Below are positions 1 to 8,166 of a DNA stretch of 64,000 bases, in pieces; the stretch's first letter is position 1, and each line of letters opens with the position of its first letter. The translations under genes and the position numbers were made by a program. The DNA comes from Chthoniobacterales bacterium (GTDB lineage Bacteria > Verrucomicrobiota > Verrucomicrobiia > Chthoniobacterales > UBA6821), in the NCBI GenBank assembly GCA_019747735.1, contig JAIEQL010000040.1, positions 3,179 through 67,178 on the forward strand. The letters run 5' to 3'. The notes beneath the pieces were generated by a model. The model saw nothing but the letters and a program-made list of their open reading frames with translations, was not told the DNA's origin and made no database searches.

Positions 1-1
1 T

Positions 2-664
2 CCGAGGGTTTTATCGATCCCTATTTGTGAGAACAAAGAACCGCTCGTCGACCTTAGAAAAGAAAAAATTATTCTCATTGGTCCTTCTCCAGAAATTCCA
101 AACAATACCGATTATACTTTTGTCAGAAAAAGCGTCGCCGAAAAATTACGTCAGGCTCAAAAAAAGTTACCTTCTGGTTTGAAATTTCAACTTTATGAAG
201 GGTATCGCAGCTTAGCGCTCCAAAAAAAACTCTTTGATACTTATTTTGCCAAGGTTAAAAAGCAACATCCTTCTTGGAGTGATAAGCAACAATTTGTAGA
301 AACGACGCGTCTTGTTTCTCCTGTAGTGAATCTCAATGGAACACACAACATCCCCCCTCATTCGACGGGAGCTACCATTGATATTTACTTGGTCGATGCG
401 CAAGGAAAGCCAGTGCCAATGGGTATTCATCCTAAAGATTGGATGCAAGATTTGGATGGGGTTCTCTCTTTGCCGAATTCGAAAAAGATTTCTGCAGAGG
501 CTCGCCATTACCGCAAGATCATGCATGATGCTTTGGAATCAGTGGGCTTTGTCAACGTTGACACAGAATATTGGCATTGGTCTTATGGCGATCGTTACTG
601 GGCTTTTAAGAAAAAGCAACCTTGTGCCATTTATGGAACTGTTGCCAGTAAACAAAATGGATAG
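2..664 (+). CDS. D-alanyl-D-alanine dipeptidase (peptidase M15D, VanX/DdpX-like); 5' end cut by window edge
   Basis: Frame 2 is open from nt 2. Motifs PPHSTGATIDIYL and EYWHWSYGD fit the Zn-binding SxHxxGxAxD and ExxH signatures. Track ORF 179..664 is only the part after an internal TTG. Confidence 0.75.
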   Translation, partial: PRVLSIPICENKEPLVDLRKEKIILIGPSPEIPNNTDYTFVRKSVAEKLRQAQKKLPSGLKFQLYEGYRSLALQKKLFDTYFAKVKKQHPSWSDKQQFVETTRLVSPVVNLNGTHNIPPHSTGATIDIYLVDAQGKPVPMGIHPKDWMQDLDGVLSLPNSKKISAEARHYRKIMHDALESVGFVNVDTEYWHWSYGDRYWAFKKKQPCAIYGTVASKQNG

Positions 665-675
665 AAATCTTTTCG

Positions 676-697
676 TATCCGTTCACGGGAACGGATA
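676..697 (+). terminator. Perfect 9-bp stem / 4-nt loop hairpin just after the dipeptidase stop (no U-tract)
   Basis: tatccgttc-acgg-gaacggata lies 12 nt after the TAG at 662..664. It is followed by agtaaag, not a T-run, so intrinsic-terminator status is doubtful. Confidence 0.3.
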
Positions 698-702
698 AGT
701 AA

Positions 703-836
703 AGAGTGAAGAGTAAAGGGTGAAGAGTATTTTGAGGTTGAAAATAAGATCAATGCTTTCAATTCATTCTTTTTTAAGAAAAAGGATCATAGAAAATTTT
801 GTTTTCACACTCTTCACCCTTCACCCTATACCCTTC
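703..836. repeat. Inverted pair of heptamer word arrays (agagtga/agggtga versus ctcttca/cccttca)
   Basis: The left arm has four 7-nt words (703..730). The right arm has four complementary 7-nt words (809..836). The perfect 12-bp core agggtgaagagt (717..728) pairs with actcttcaccct (809..820). Confidence 0.7.
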
Positions 837-904
837 ATAATCGTTCTGCTGAACGGTTACATCTTTTTGCTCCCCTTTTGCTTCCTTTTTGCTACCTTTA
901 AGGC

Positions 905-1210
905 ATGTCAACTTTAGTCATTAAATCAGTCCCCAAAGAGATTCATCAATTCTTAAAAGACTCAGCACGTGCTAATCGCCGTTCTTTGACGCAAGAAGTG
1001 ATTACACTCTTGGAGCAGCTTGTAACAAGCCTCAAAAAGGAAAAGAAGGTTCCTGTAAAAAGAAAATTGACTCCTGAAGAGATGAAGTTACTCACTTTTT
1101 CTGGGAGAAGAAAATTGGTGCCTGGTTATTTGGAATCTTATGCAGCAGGCGCTTTCGCTGGAGGGACAGATTCGTCGGTGATGATTTCTGAAGAGCGTGA
1201 TGCCCGATGA
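905..1210 (+). CDS. Ribbon-helix-helix (Arc/CopG/FitA-like) antitoxin
   Basis: N-terminus VIKSVPKEIHQFLKDSARANRRSLTQEVITLLEQ is typical of RHH antitoxins. A 4-nt ATGA overlap joins it to the downstream PIN gene. Confidence 0.6.
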   Translation: MSTLVIKSVPKEIHQFLKDSARANRRSLTQEVITLLEQLVTSLKKEKKVPVKRKLTPEEMKLLTFSGRRKLVPGYLESYAAGAFAGGTDSSVMISEERDAR

Positions 1211-1647
1211 AAACAGCTTATTATGATGCGGCATTTTTGTGTAAGCTGATTTTCCCTGAAGCAGGCTCAGAAAAAGTCGTTATTCATGCCAATCAAATGC
1301 ATCATCTCTTTTGTTCCATGCATGGGCGTGCAGAGTTTGTCGCGACCTGCCATCGAAAAATGAGAGAGGGATCTGCAACAAAACTTCAAGTTGAAGAAGC
1401 TATGCAGCAAATTCACCAAGATACTAAATTTGGATTTATGAAGTGGCTCCCCCTCACGGAAAAGCATCTTGCTCGTGTCGAGGTGGCCTTTCGTCATGCC
1501 CCTAAAGATCTTTTCTTAAGAGCCTCGGATGCCCTTCACTTGGCGGTTGCAGCAGAGCATGGTCTCAAAGAGATTTTTTCTAACGATCGACATCTGTTAA
1601 ATGCTGCATCGCTCTTTGGATTGAAGGGAAAAAATCTTTTGGCTTGA
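1207..1647 (+). CDS. vapC: PIN-domain ribonuclease toxin (VapC family)
   Basis: Acidic PIN residues sit in the expected contexts: YYDAAFL, RAEF, RASDALHLA, SNDRHL. It is translationally coupled to the upstream antitoxin. Confidence 0.7.
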   Translation: MKTAYYDAAFLCKLIFPEAGSEKVVIHANQMHHLFCSMHGRAEFVATCHRKMREGSATKLQVEEAMQQIHQDTKFGFMKWLPLTEKHLARVEVAFRHAPKDLFLRASDALHLAVAAEHGLKEIFSNDRHLLNAASLFGLKGKNLLA

Positions 1648-1650
1648 GTG

Positions 1651-1732
1651 ATGACTATCGGCATTTCCTTAACTTTTTTTAGCAGGCCTTACAGCCTATC
1701 GCCTACAGTCCATAGCCTATGACCATCGGCAT
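1651..1732 (+). repeat. Duplicated gene start (atgacYatcggcat x2) flanking a 54-nt insert ending in four AGCCTAT-like heptamers
   Basis: 1651..1664 atgactatcggcat and 1719..1732 atgaccatcggcat match 13/14. The insert ends agcctat cgcctac agtccat agcctat directly at ATG 1719. Confidence 0.8.
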
Positions 1733-2603
1733 CATGGGAGCCATCCCCCAAGAAGTAGAGTTATACCTTGCGCGCTCACTATTTGAGTTTTTCACTGGCT
1801 ATTTTTGTCTCTAGCTTCGTTGTCAGAGCTTACGTTATGTACGCATAGCGTCTCGCTCTTTCGCCTTGCTAGAAACAAAAATCTCAGCGTGAAAAAATCT
1901 CAAATATTAAACGCGCAAGGTATAATCAAGGAAGAGATGCTGATTAAGGAAACGATAGAGCTGGGGGGCGCTTTTTTTACGTTGGGGAGTTGTATGGTTC
2001 TGAGGTGGTGTTGGTCTTTTCACGTATTGGAAAAGTAGCTGCAGCAAGTGTGGCGACAACACTCTTCAATTTTTTTGAAATCGACTTTTTGCTTTTCACT
2101 GGTGTGGCTGGAGCCGTTCATCCTGAACTAAATATCGGTCACATTATGATTGGATCGAAACTCTATCAACATGACATTGATGCAGGTCCTCTCTTTCCAA
2201 AGTTTCACATACCTCTCACGGGACGTGATCACTTTGTAGCTCATGAAGAATTTTTAAAATGCGCAGAGAGCTGTATCAATGATTTTATCAAAGAGCTAGA
2301 ACATCACCTCGAGTCAGCAATAATAGCAGAGTTTTTTGCCGAGCCTCCCAAGCTCCTTCGCGGCACGATCGCCACAGGAGCCCCTTTTATCATGCTGTAG
2401 AAATGGAGGGAGCTGCTGTGGCTCAAGTTTGCCACGACTATGACAAACCATTTTTGATCATTAGAACCATCTCCTACAAAGCCGACCACACGGCCTCGGT
2501 CGATTTTCACAAGTTTATCAAAGTGATCTCCAATCCTTTTTCCAACGGCATTGTTCAAAAACTGTTGCCGGAGTTAATAAAAGTGATGAAGCTTTTGAAA
2601 TAA
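1719..2603 (+). pseudogene. mtnN: 5'-methylthioadenosine/S-adenosylhomocysteine nucleosidase (MtnN/Pfs), multiply disrupted
   Basis: MTIGIMGAIPQEVEL...IKEEMLIKETIELGG...SRIGKVAAAS...FTGVAGA...MEGAAVAQVCHDYDKPFLIIRTIS matches Pfs across three frames. It is broken by a 161-nt MITE insertion (1764..1924), a -1 frameshift in the G-run near 1984..1987, and a TAG at 2398 with about 17 aa missing. Confidence 0.8.
1762..1924 (+). mobile_element. MITE-like element, family B copy 1 (159 bp, perfect 11-bp TIR TACCTTGCGCG, TA target-site duplication)
   Basis: The element spans 1764..1922, with TA at 1762..1763 and 1923..1924. Removing the element plus one TA restores the in-frame Pfs sequence QEVEL-IKEEM. 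Confidence 0.85.
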
Positions 2604-2605
2604 TC

Positions 2606-2902
2606 ATGTTCCTTATTTTACTCACTTACAAAAAAACGATTGAAGAAATAGAAAAGCATTTAGTAGCTCATCGAGCCTTTTTAGACGAGGGCTATAAAAA
2701 TCGTCACTTTCTTTTTTCGGGACCATTCCATCCAAGAACAGGTGGAGTGATTACCTCTCCATTAAAAGATCGTGAGCAATTAGAGGCTGTTTTAAAGCAA
2801 GATCCTTTTTGGGCAAATGATCTTGCGGACTATCAGATCATGGAGTTTACCCCCACAAAATATCTGCCTCAACTTGCTCCAGTGATGGAAAGTCTTTTAT
2901 AG
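2606..2902 (+). CDS. YciI-family protein
   Basis: 98 aa. The pattern HRAFLDEGY...SGPF...GG...DPFW...EF.P is typical of YCII-related domains. Confidence 0.55.
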   Translation: MFLILLTYKKTIEEIEKHLVAHRAFLDEGYKNRHFLFSGPFHPRTGGVITSPLKDREQLEAVLKQDPFWANDLADYQIMEFTPTKYLPQLAPVMESLL

Positions 2903-2952
2903 TTTTGAAATTAAAGTTATTTCATGAATAACGAGGCCTTCGTCTTTTAAAA

Positions 2953-3414
2953 ATGGATTCACTGACCATCAACTCTATTAGCAATCTCCTTTTCAAATTT
3001 GCCAATAATTTTGACTTGAAAAAGTGGGATGAAATGGAGCGTTGCTTAGCCTCACAAGTCGATTGCGATTACACCAGCTTGCGTGGCAAAAAAGAGATCC
3101 TCACAGCCAAAGAGTATGTGCATCAGCGCAGATCAGCATTGGAGCCCCTTCAAATGCAGCATCTTTTTTCTAATTTAGAAATAGATCTTCTCGGCGAACA
3201 TCAGGCAGCCTGCCGCTGTTCCGCATTGATCTTACGGAAACGAGAAGAAAAATTTTTTAACACTCATGCGATTTACGAATTCACTTGCGTGCGCGAGCGA
3301 GGAGTGTGGCTGATTTCAGCGATCAAGCAAACGGTGCTTTGGAATGAGGGAGATACTGAGATTCATTCGGGAGTAGCAGCCTTACTTCTCCAGCCACTTC
3401 CTAACAGGAGTTAG
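2953..3414 (+). CDS. SnoaL-like / NTF2-family protein
   Basis: 153 aa. N-terminus FKFANNFDLKKWDEMERCLASQV.DYTSL resembles SnoaL_4/NTF2-like proteins. Confidence 0.4.
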   Translation: MDSLTINSISNLLFKFANNFDLKKWDEMERCLASQVDCDYTSLRGKKEILTAKEYVHQRRSALEPLQMQHLFSNLEIDLLGEHQAACRCSALILRKREEKFFNTHAIYEFTCVRERGVWLISAIKQTVLWNEGDTEIHSGVAALLLQPLPNRS

Positions 3415-4566
3415 CAAAAATTGTTCGATAGGAATACCTCCTTCGCCAACTAATAAATTTCTAAGTGGCTTGAAGCGTGTTCTAAAAATTTCCAGAGCTC
3501 TCGTTGTAGAGTGACTGCGTCCGCTTTTAACTTCGATGCCAACGATGGTCTTTCCTTTTTTTAATACAAAGTCGACCTCGTGATTCCCTTCGCGCCAATA
3601 TTGGACTTCTATGGTGGTCCCAAAAGTTTGATTGAGCAGATGAGCTCCAACAGCTGATTCTACAAGGCGCCCCCAATGTTCTCGGTTGCTGATAGCCTCT
3701 TCTATAGTGAGTTCAGTGCTTGCGGAGAGGAGTGCTGTGTTGAACACTTGAAGTTTAGGGCTAGAAGCTCGTTGGTGTATTTTCCCATGGGTATATTTTG
3801 CAAGGCCACCTACCATTCCTGCGCTTTGTAAAAGTTGTAAATAATGAGCAAGCGTTACGGTGTTCCCAGCGTCAGTAAGCTGGCCTAACATTTTTTGATA
3901 GGAAAGAATTTGTCCTGAATAATCACAGCTAAGCTGAAAAAGCCGACGCAGGAGACCTGGTTTATCAACACGAGTCATGAGCAAGATATCTCGTGAAATG
4001 CTTGTTTCTACCAGTGACTCCAGGATGTAATGACGCCAACGTTCTGGATTTTTGATGAGTGAAGCCGCACCTGGATAGGCCCCATAATAAATGAATTGCT
4101 TAAGATCCCAGTCAAAGGCTTTTTTTATTTCACTAAAAGACCAATGAGAAATGGGAATAAGTTCAAAACGACCAGCAAGGCTTTCGGTGAGACCTGATTG
4201 AATGAGTAGAGGAGACGAGCCAAGCAAAATAACATGGAGAGAACTTTTAGTATGAGTGTCCTGATCCCATAATTTTTTGACTAGTTCTGACCACTGATGG
4301 ATTTTTTGAATTTCATCTAAAACAAGGACCCCTTTTTTCTTTCCAGCTTTTAAATGTGCTTCTTCCCATTGCTGACGAAGCCATTCTTGTCCTTGTAGAG
4401 CCGGAGCATCCGCCGAAGCGTAATGAAAAGGGATATCTAATTTTTCAAGCAATTGTTGAATCAACGTTGTCTTGCCAACTTGCCGAGGTCCGGCCAGGAC
4501 TTGAATAAAACGACGAGGTTCTTCTAGTCGATCTATAAGAAAATCAAGGAGATACTGACGAATCAT
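3382..4566 (-). CDS. AAA+ ATPase with DUF4143-type C-terminal domain
   Basis: Walker A is GPRQVGKTT and Walker B is VLVLDEIQ. The C-terminal EVDFVL...GIEVKSG looks like a PD-(D/E)xK motif, typical of the AAA_14 + DUF4143 architecture. Confidence 0.75.
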   Translation of the reverse strand: MIRQYLLDFLIDRLEEPRRFIQVLAGPRQVGKTTLIQQLLEKLDIPFHYASADAPALQGQEWLRQQWEEAHLKAGKKKGVLVLDEIQKIHQWSELVKKLWDQDTHTKSSLHVILLGSSPLLIQSGLTESLAGRFELIPISHWSFSEIKKAFDWDLKQFIYYGAYPGAASLIKNPERWRHYILESLVETSISRDILLMTRVDKPGLLRRLFQLSCDYSGQILSYQKMLGQLTDAGNTVTLAHYLQLLQSAGMVGGLAKYTHGKIHQRASSPKLQVFNTALLSASTELTIEEAISNREHWGRLVESAVGAHLLNQTFGTTIEVQYWREGNHEVDFVLKKGKTIVGIEVKSGRSHSTTRALEIFRTRFKPLRNLLVGEGGIPIEQFLLTPVRKWLEK

Positions 4567-4618
4567 AAATTTACTCAGGATTGTGAGTAAATTTACTCAG
4601 GGCGTCGAGTTAAATTAC

Positions 4619-5701
4619 TCAATGTGTTGAGTGAGTTGATGAGGTGTCTTGCAGAAAGAAGGATGTGCTAGGAATAAATTTACTGCTTACTTCTTCGGCA
4701 TAAATCTCTCCCTGTTGGAGTGGTAATTTTTTGACAGGGGCTCCTTTTTTGAGATCACATTTTTTCAGATCAACCCAAAAGACGTTAGGACGCTCACTAT
4801 TTTCAAAAAAGTAGACATCGTTTTTTAAATCAGCAGCACTTCTCCAAATGGTCGCAGCAATGTTGGGATGGACTGGATCAGTCTCTTCCATCATTGGAAC
4901 AGAAACAGTGCGCATGATAGAAAAAACAACAGCAATAGCTTCTTCGGAATTGGCAGTTTTTTTTGCGTTATTTAAAAAGTAGCTCGCTCTTACAAAACGA
5001 TCCTCAGGATTAATTGTTCCTGGAAGAAATAGTCCTTTGAGGTTTTGCCAATAGGCATTCAGCGTCAATTGCTTTTCATAAGTTGGTTCATTGGTCATGA
5101 CATTGTAGGCCTTGTTATGGTGAACAATTAACTTTCCATCGACATATTCAAAGATGGCATTATCTCCCGTCTTATCAGCAATTGCTAAATGGACTGTTGG
5201 CTCAGCTTTATTGGGAAGTTTTTGGGCAACCATGTTGAAAGAATCTTTTCCAAAATCTTCAACGGCCTCTGCAACGGTTGCGTAATTGTCTAAGAAATAT
5301 TGAGCCCAGATTAAGATGGAGATATTTTTGCGATCAGCTTTTGGTTTTCCATAATCGGTAGTTGATAGATAGAGCAAGTTGGCGCAAAGCCCTTCCGAAT
5401 TGATACCATCAGTCGTTCCTATATTGTAGCCACTGGCGATGATGCTTCCATATTTTGAAGTCCAGATAAGGCTCTTGGGATCATTACTGTTGCCACTTCG
5501 TTTGATGCCTGCAGGAAAAGCCCAAAGATCTGTTTTAATATCCTCCATCCAATCCATCGTTCGTCCCATGGCCACCATTTGATCAAGCCCTGTATAGGTA
5601 ATTCTGCTACAAGCGTTACTCTGCCCAGAGATCAAGAGTAGGAGGCTCAAGCAGAAGAAGAAAATGAAGAGTTGTTTTTTGATGCAGGATGTTGGTTTCA
5701 T
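4619..5701 (-). CDS. Secreted Ntn hydrolase, choloylglycine hydrolase / linear amide C-N hydrolase family
   Basis: The signal peptide ends SNA|CSRITYTG, which would expose an N-terminal Cys nucleophile as in penicillin V acylase and bile salt hydrolase. Confidence 0.7.
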   Translation of the reverse strand: MKPTSCIKKQLFIFFFCLSLLLLISGQSNACSRITYTGLDQMVAMGRTMDWMEDIKTDLWAFPAGIKRSGNSNDPKSLIWTSKYGSIIASGYNIGTTDGINSEGLCANLLYLSTTDYGKPKADRKNISILIWAQYFLDNYATVAEAVEDFGKDSFNMVAQKLPNKAEPTVHLAIADKTGDNAIFEYVDGKLIVHHNKAYNVMTNEPTYEKQLTLNAYWQNLKGLFLPGTINPEDRFVRASYFLNNAKKTANSEEAIAVVFSIMRTVSVPMMEETDPVHPNIAATIWRSAADLKNDVYFFENSERPNVFWVDLKKCDLKKGAPVKKLPLQQGEIYAEEVSSKFIPSTSFFLQDTSSTHSTH

Positions 5702-5730
5702 AAGTGGTAGGTTTTTTGTAGGTTAAAAAA

Positions 5731-6786
5731 TTATTCTTTCCCAAGCGATGCCATATCGATGACAAAACGATAGTGTACATCGCCTTTGATCATCCGTTGG
5801 TAAGCAGTGTTGATTTCTTGAATAGGAATGAGTTCGATCTCTGCAGCAATGTTTTTTTCTCCACAAAAATCGAGCATCTCTTGAGTTTCCTTTATTCCAC
5901 CAATCATCGAGCCTGCAACGGTTTTACGACCATGAACGACATCGAATAAATCTAGTTCTAGAGCTTGGGAAGGAAGACCAACGGTGATTAGTTTTCCATC
6001 ACGTTTTAAAAGTGAGAGATAAGCTTCCAATTTATAAGAAGCAGAGATCGTACTCAAAATAAGATCAAAGCTATTGGCATGTTGGGCCATATCAGCTGGA
6101 TCTTTGGAAACAAGAATTCCTTCCGCTCCCAATTGAAGTGCATCTTGCTTTTTATGAGGGGAGGTGGTGATCACATAAGTCTTCGCTCCAAAAGCATGAG
6201 CAAATTTGACTCCCATATGACCTAGTCCTCCGAGGCCGACAATACCTACCTTCTGGCCTGGTCCCACATGCCAATGCCGCAAAGGAGAGTAAGTTGTGAT
6301 CCCTGCGCAGAGAAGGGGAGCTGTTGCTGCCAATGATAAATTTTCTGGAATGCGCAGCACAAAATCTTCTGTCGTTACAATGCTTTCGCAATAGCCCCCA
6401 TAGGTTGGAGTTTTTTTATCTTGTTCGGTGCTGTTATAGGTAAAGGAAGCTCCTTTCTCACAATATTGCTCTAGATTTTCTTGGCACGAGCTACAGCGAC
6501 GACAAGAATCTACGATCACTCCGACACCAACACGATCTCCTATTTTAAATTTACTCACACTAGAGCCGATCTCTTTTATATGCCCTACAATTTCATGACC
6601 TGGTACCAGCGGATAGACGGCCCCGCCCCATTCATTACGCGCTTGGTGAAGGTCGCTATGACAAACTCCGCAGTAGTCGATGGCAATGTCCACATCATAA
6701 GGTCCTAGAGCGCGACGGTCTAATACGTAAGGTTCCAGTGGTGTGGTGGCGTCGAGAGCAGCGTAGGCTTTGGTTTTGTTTTTCAT
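5731..6786 (-). CDS. Zn-dependent NAD(P) alcohol dehydrogenase (cinnamyl-ADH/YahK-like)
   Basis: Motifs GVCHSD, GHEIVG, CxxCxxCxxxxxxxC and GxGGLGH are all present. 351 aa. Confidence 0.9.
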   Translation of the reverse strand: MKNKTKAYAALDATTPLEPYVLDRRALGPYDVDIAIDYCGVCHSDLHQARNEWGGAVYPLVPGHEIVGHIKEIGSSVSKFKIGDRVGVGVIVDSCRRCSSCQENLEQYCEKGASFTYNSTEQDKKTPTYGGYCESIVTTEDFVLRIPENLSLAATAPLLCAGITTYSPLRHWHVGPGQKVGIVGLGGLGHMGVKFAHAFGAKTYVITTSPHKKQDALQLGAEGILVSKDPADMAQHANSFDLILSTISASYKLEAYLSLLKRDGKLITVGLPSQALELDLFDVVHGRKTVAGSMIGGIKETQEMLDFCGEKNIAAEIELIPIQEINTAYQRMIKGDVHYRFVIDMASLGKE

Positions 6787-6818
6787 AAAAATTTAATAGT
6801 GGATAATTGTTTCAAAAA

Positions 6819-7160
6819 TTATTCATTTTTCACATAAACCCAAGCAGAGTTTCCTGAACGGAGTGGAGCATAGACTCTTTTATAATCTTTCACCTCATAG
6901 CAATCTGCTTGGAGGATTTCTTGGCAAGTAACTTCCAACACGGTTCCTTCCACAGCGTCTTGCCCATTGCCAGTAAAAGTCACCATCGGATGAAACTCTT
7001 TTCCGCTCGTTGCTAGCACGTGAGGGTTTGTGATTTTGAGCATCGAGAGCTTGTACCCAACAAGGGCATCTTGAGTACCAGTCAGTTTACGTCCAAAGGT
7101 TGCTAGCTGGACTTCTTCTTGTTGCAACGTTCCATAGGAGAAAAGGTTTTCTGTGTTCAT
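6819..7160 (-). CDS. Gamma-glutamylcyclotransferase (AIG2/GGACT-like) family protein
   Basis: Start MNTENLFSYGTLQ (YGTL motif). The start is moved to Met28 of the track ORF, which removes the overlap with the upstream gene. Confidence 0.55.
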   Translation of the reverse strand: MNTENLFSYGTLQQEEVQLATFGRKLTGTQDALVGYKLSMLKITNPHVLATSGKEFHPMVTFTGNGQDAVEGTVLEVTCQEILQADCYEVKDYKRVYAPLRSGNSAWVYVKNE

Positions 7161-7173
7161 GAGGATGATTATT

Positions 7174-7491
7174 TTATTCGTGATGAGTATAGAAATAAAA
7201 CCTAAAAACTTCCTTAAGCTCCTCAAAGGCTTTAGCGCCATCTTCTCCTCCTTCAGAAATTTGAAAAGCTAGCTCGATGATTCTTTTGAGGTCTGGGTTT
7301 TTATTTAAGATTTTTTCTGTTTTTGAAGGACAGTATGCATTGCTATGAGCATCCATTGCGCTTAGGGCCTTAAAAAGACGGCGAGCAATCTTGTTAATTA
7401 TCTGTGACCGCAATCTAACGCGCTGTTGTTTTGATGGTTCTTTTATTAGATGAGCAAGTATCTTGCCAGCTGATGTAGGCTTAAGGTTCAT
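7174..7491 (-). CDS. Hypothetical protein (105 aa)
   Basis: Fits the gap between flanking genes. No recognisable motif. Confidence 0.3.
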   Translation of the reverse strand: MNLKPTSAGKILAHLIKEPSKQQRVRLRSQIINKIARRLFKALSAMDAHSNAYCPSKTEKILNKNPDLKRIIELAFQISEGGEDGAKAFEELKEVFRFYFYTHHE

Positions 7492-7563
7492 TCGTTAAAA
7501 ATCTTTGATTCCTATTTTTCATCAACAGATTCTTTTTCAACAATAAACTAAACCATTTTTTCT

Positions 7564-8166
7564 ATGCATGTTTTTGAAGCGATTCGTACACGTCGGGCTA
7601 TTAAAAAATTTGACCCCAACTATGTCATGTCGGAAGAGGAAATAAAGCAGCTCCTCTCCCTTGCTTTGGAGGCTCCCACGGCTTTTAATATTCAACATTG
7701 GCGCTTCTTACTTGTGCGCAATCCAGAGATTCGAAAACAAATCCGTGCAGCAGCCTGGGATCAAGAGCAAGTGACCGATGCGTCCCTGCTCATCCTTCTT
7801 TGTGCCAAGCTTTCTGCATGGGAAGACCGTCCTGAGCGTTATTGGGCCAATGCCACGCAAGAGGCTCGAGATTTCATCTTGCCTGCCATTCACAATTACT
7901 ATTATGGAAAGCAGCAGGTCATTCGCGATGAGGTGATGCGTTCTTGTGGACTAGCGGGACAAACCATCATGCTAGCGGCAAAAGCCATGGGGTTGGATTC
8001 GTGTCCTATGGATGGTTTTGATTACGATGCTGTGGGAAAAATCATTAATCTTCCTGAAGATCACACCATCAGCTTTATGATTGTCGTGGGCAAGAAAGCT
8101 CAAGAGCCGCATGCCAAGCCGGGGCAGCTCCCTTACCAAGAAGTGGTCAAAATCGACAGATTTTAA
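7564..8166 (+). CDS. Nitroreductase-family oxidoreductase
   Basis: N-terminus RTRRAIKKFD, then APTAFNIQHWRF and the C-terminal pattern typical of NfsB/FRase-like nitroreductases. Confidence 0.85.
   Translation: MHVFEAIRTRRAIKKFDPNYVMSEEEIKQLLSLALEAPTAFNIQHWRFLLVRNPEIRKQIRAAAWDQEQVTDASLLILLCAKLSAWEDRPERYWANATQEARDFILPAIHNYYYGKQQVIRDEVMRSCGLAGQTIMLAAKAMGLDSCPMDGFDYDAVGKIINLPEDHTISFMIVVGKKAQEPHAKPGQLPYQEVVKIDRF

Noticed and set aside
720-917. 65-aa ORF spanning the heptamer palindrome upstream of the RHH antitoxin
   Set aside because: It is translated from repeat arms (Phe/Leu-rich) and overlaps the real antitoxin start, so it is an artefact of the repeat.
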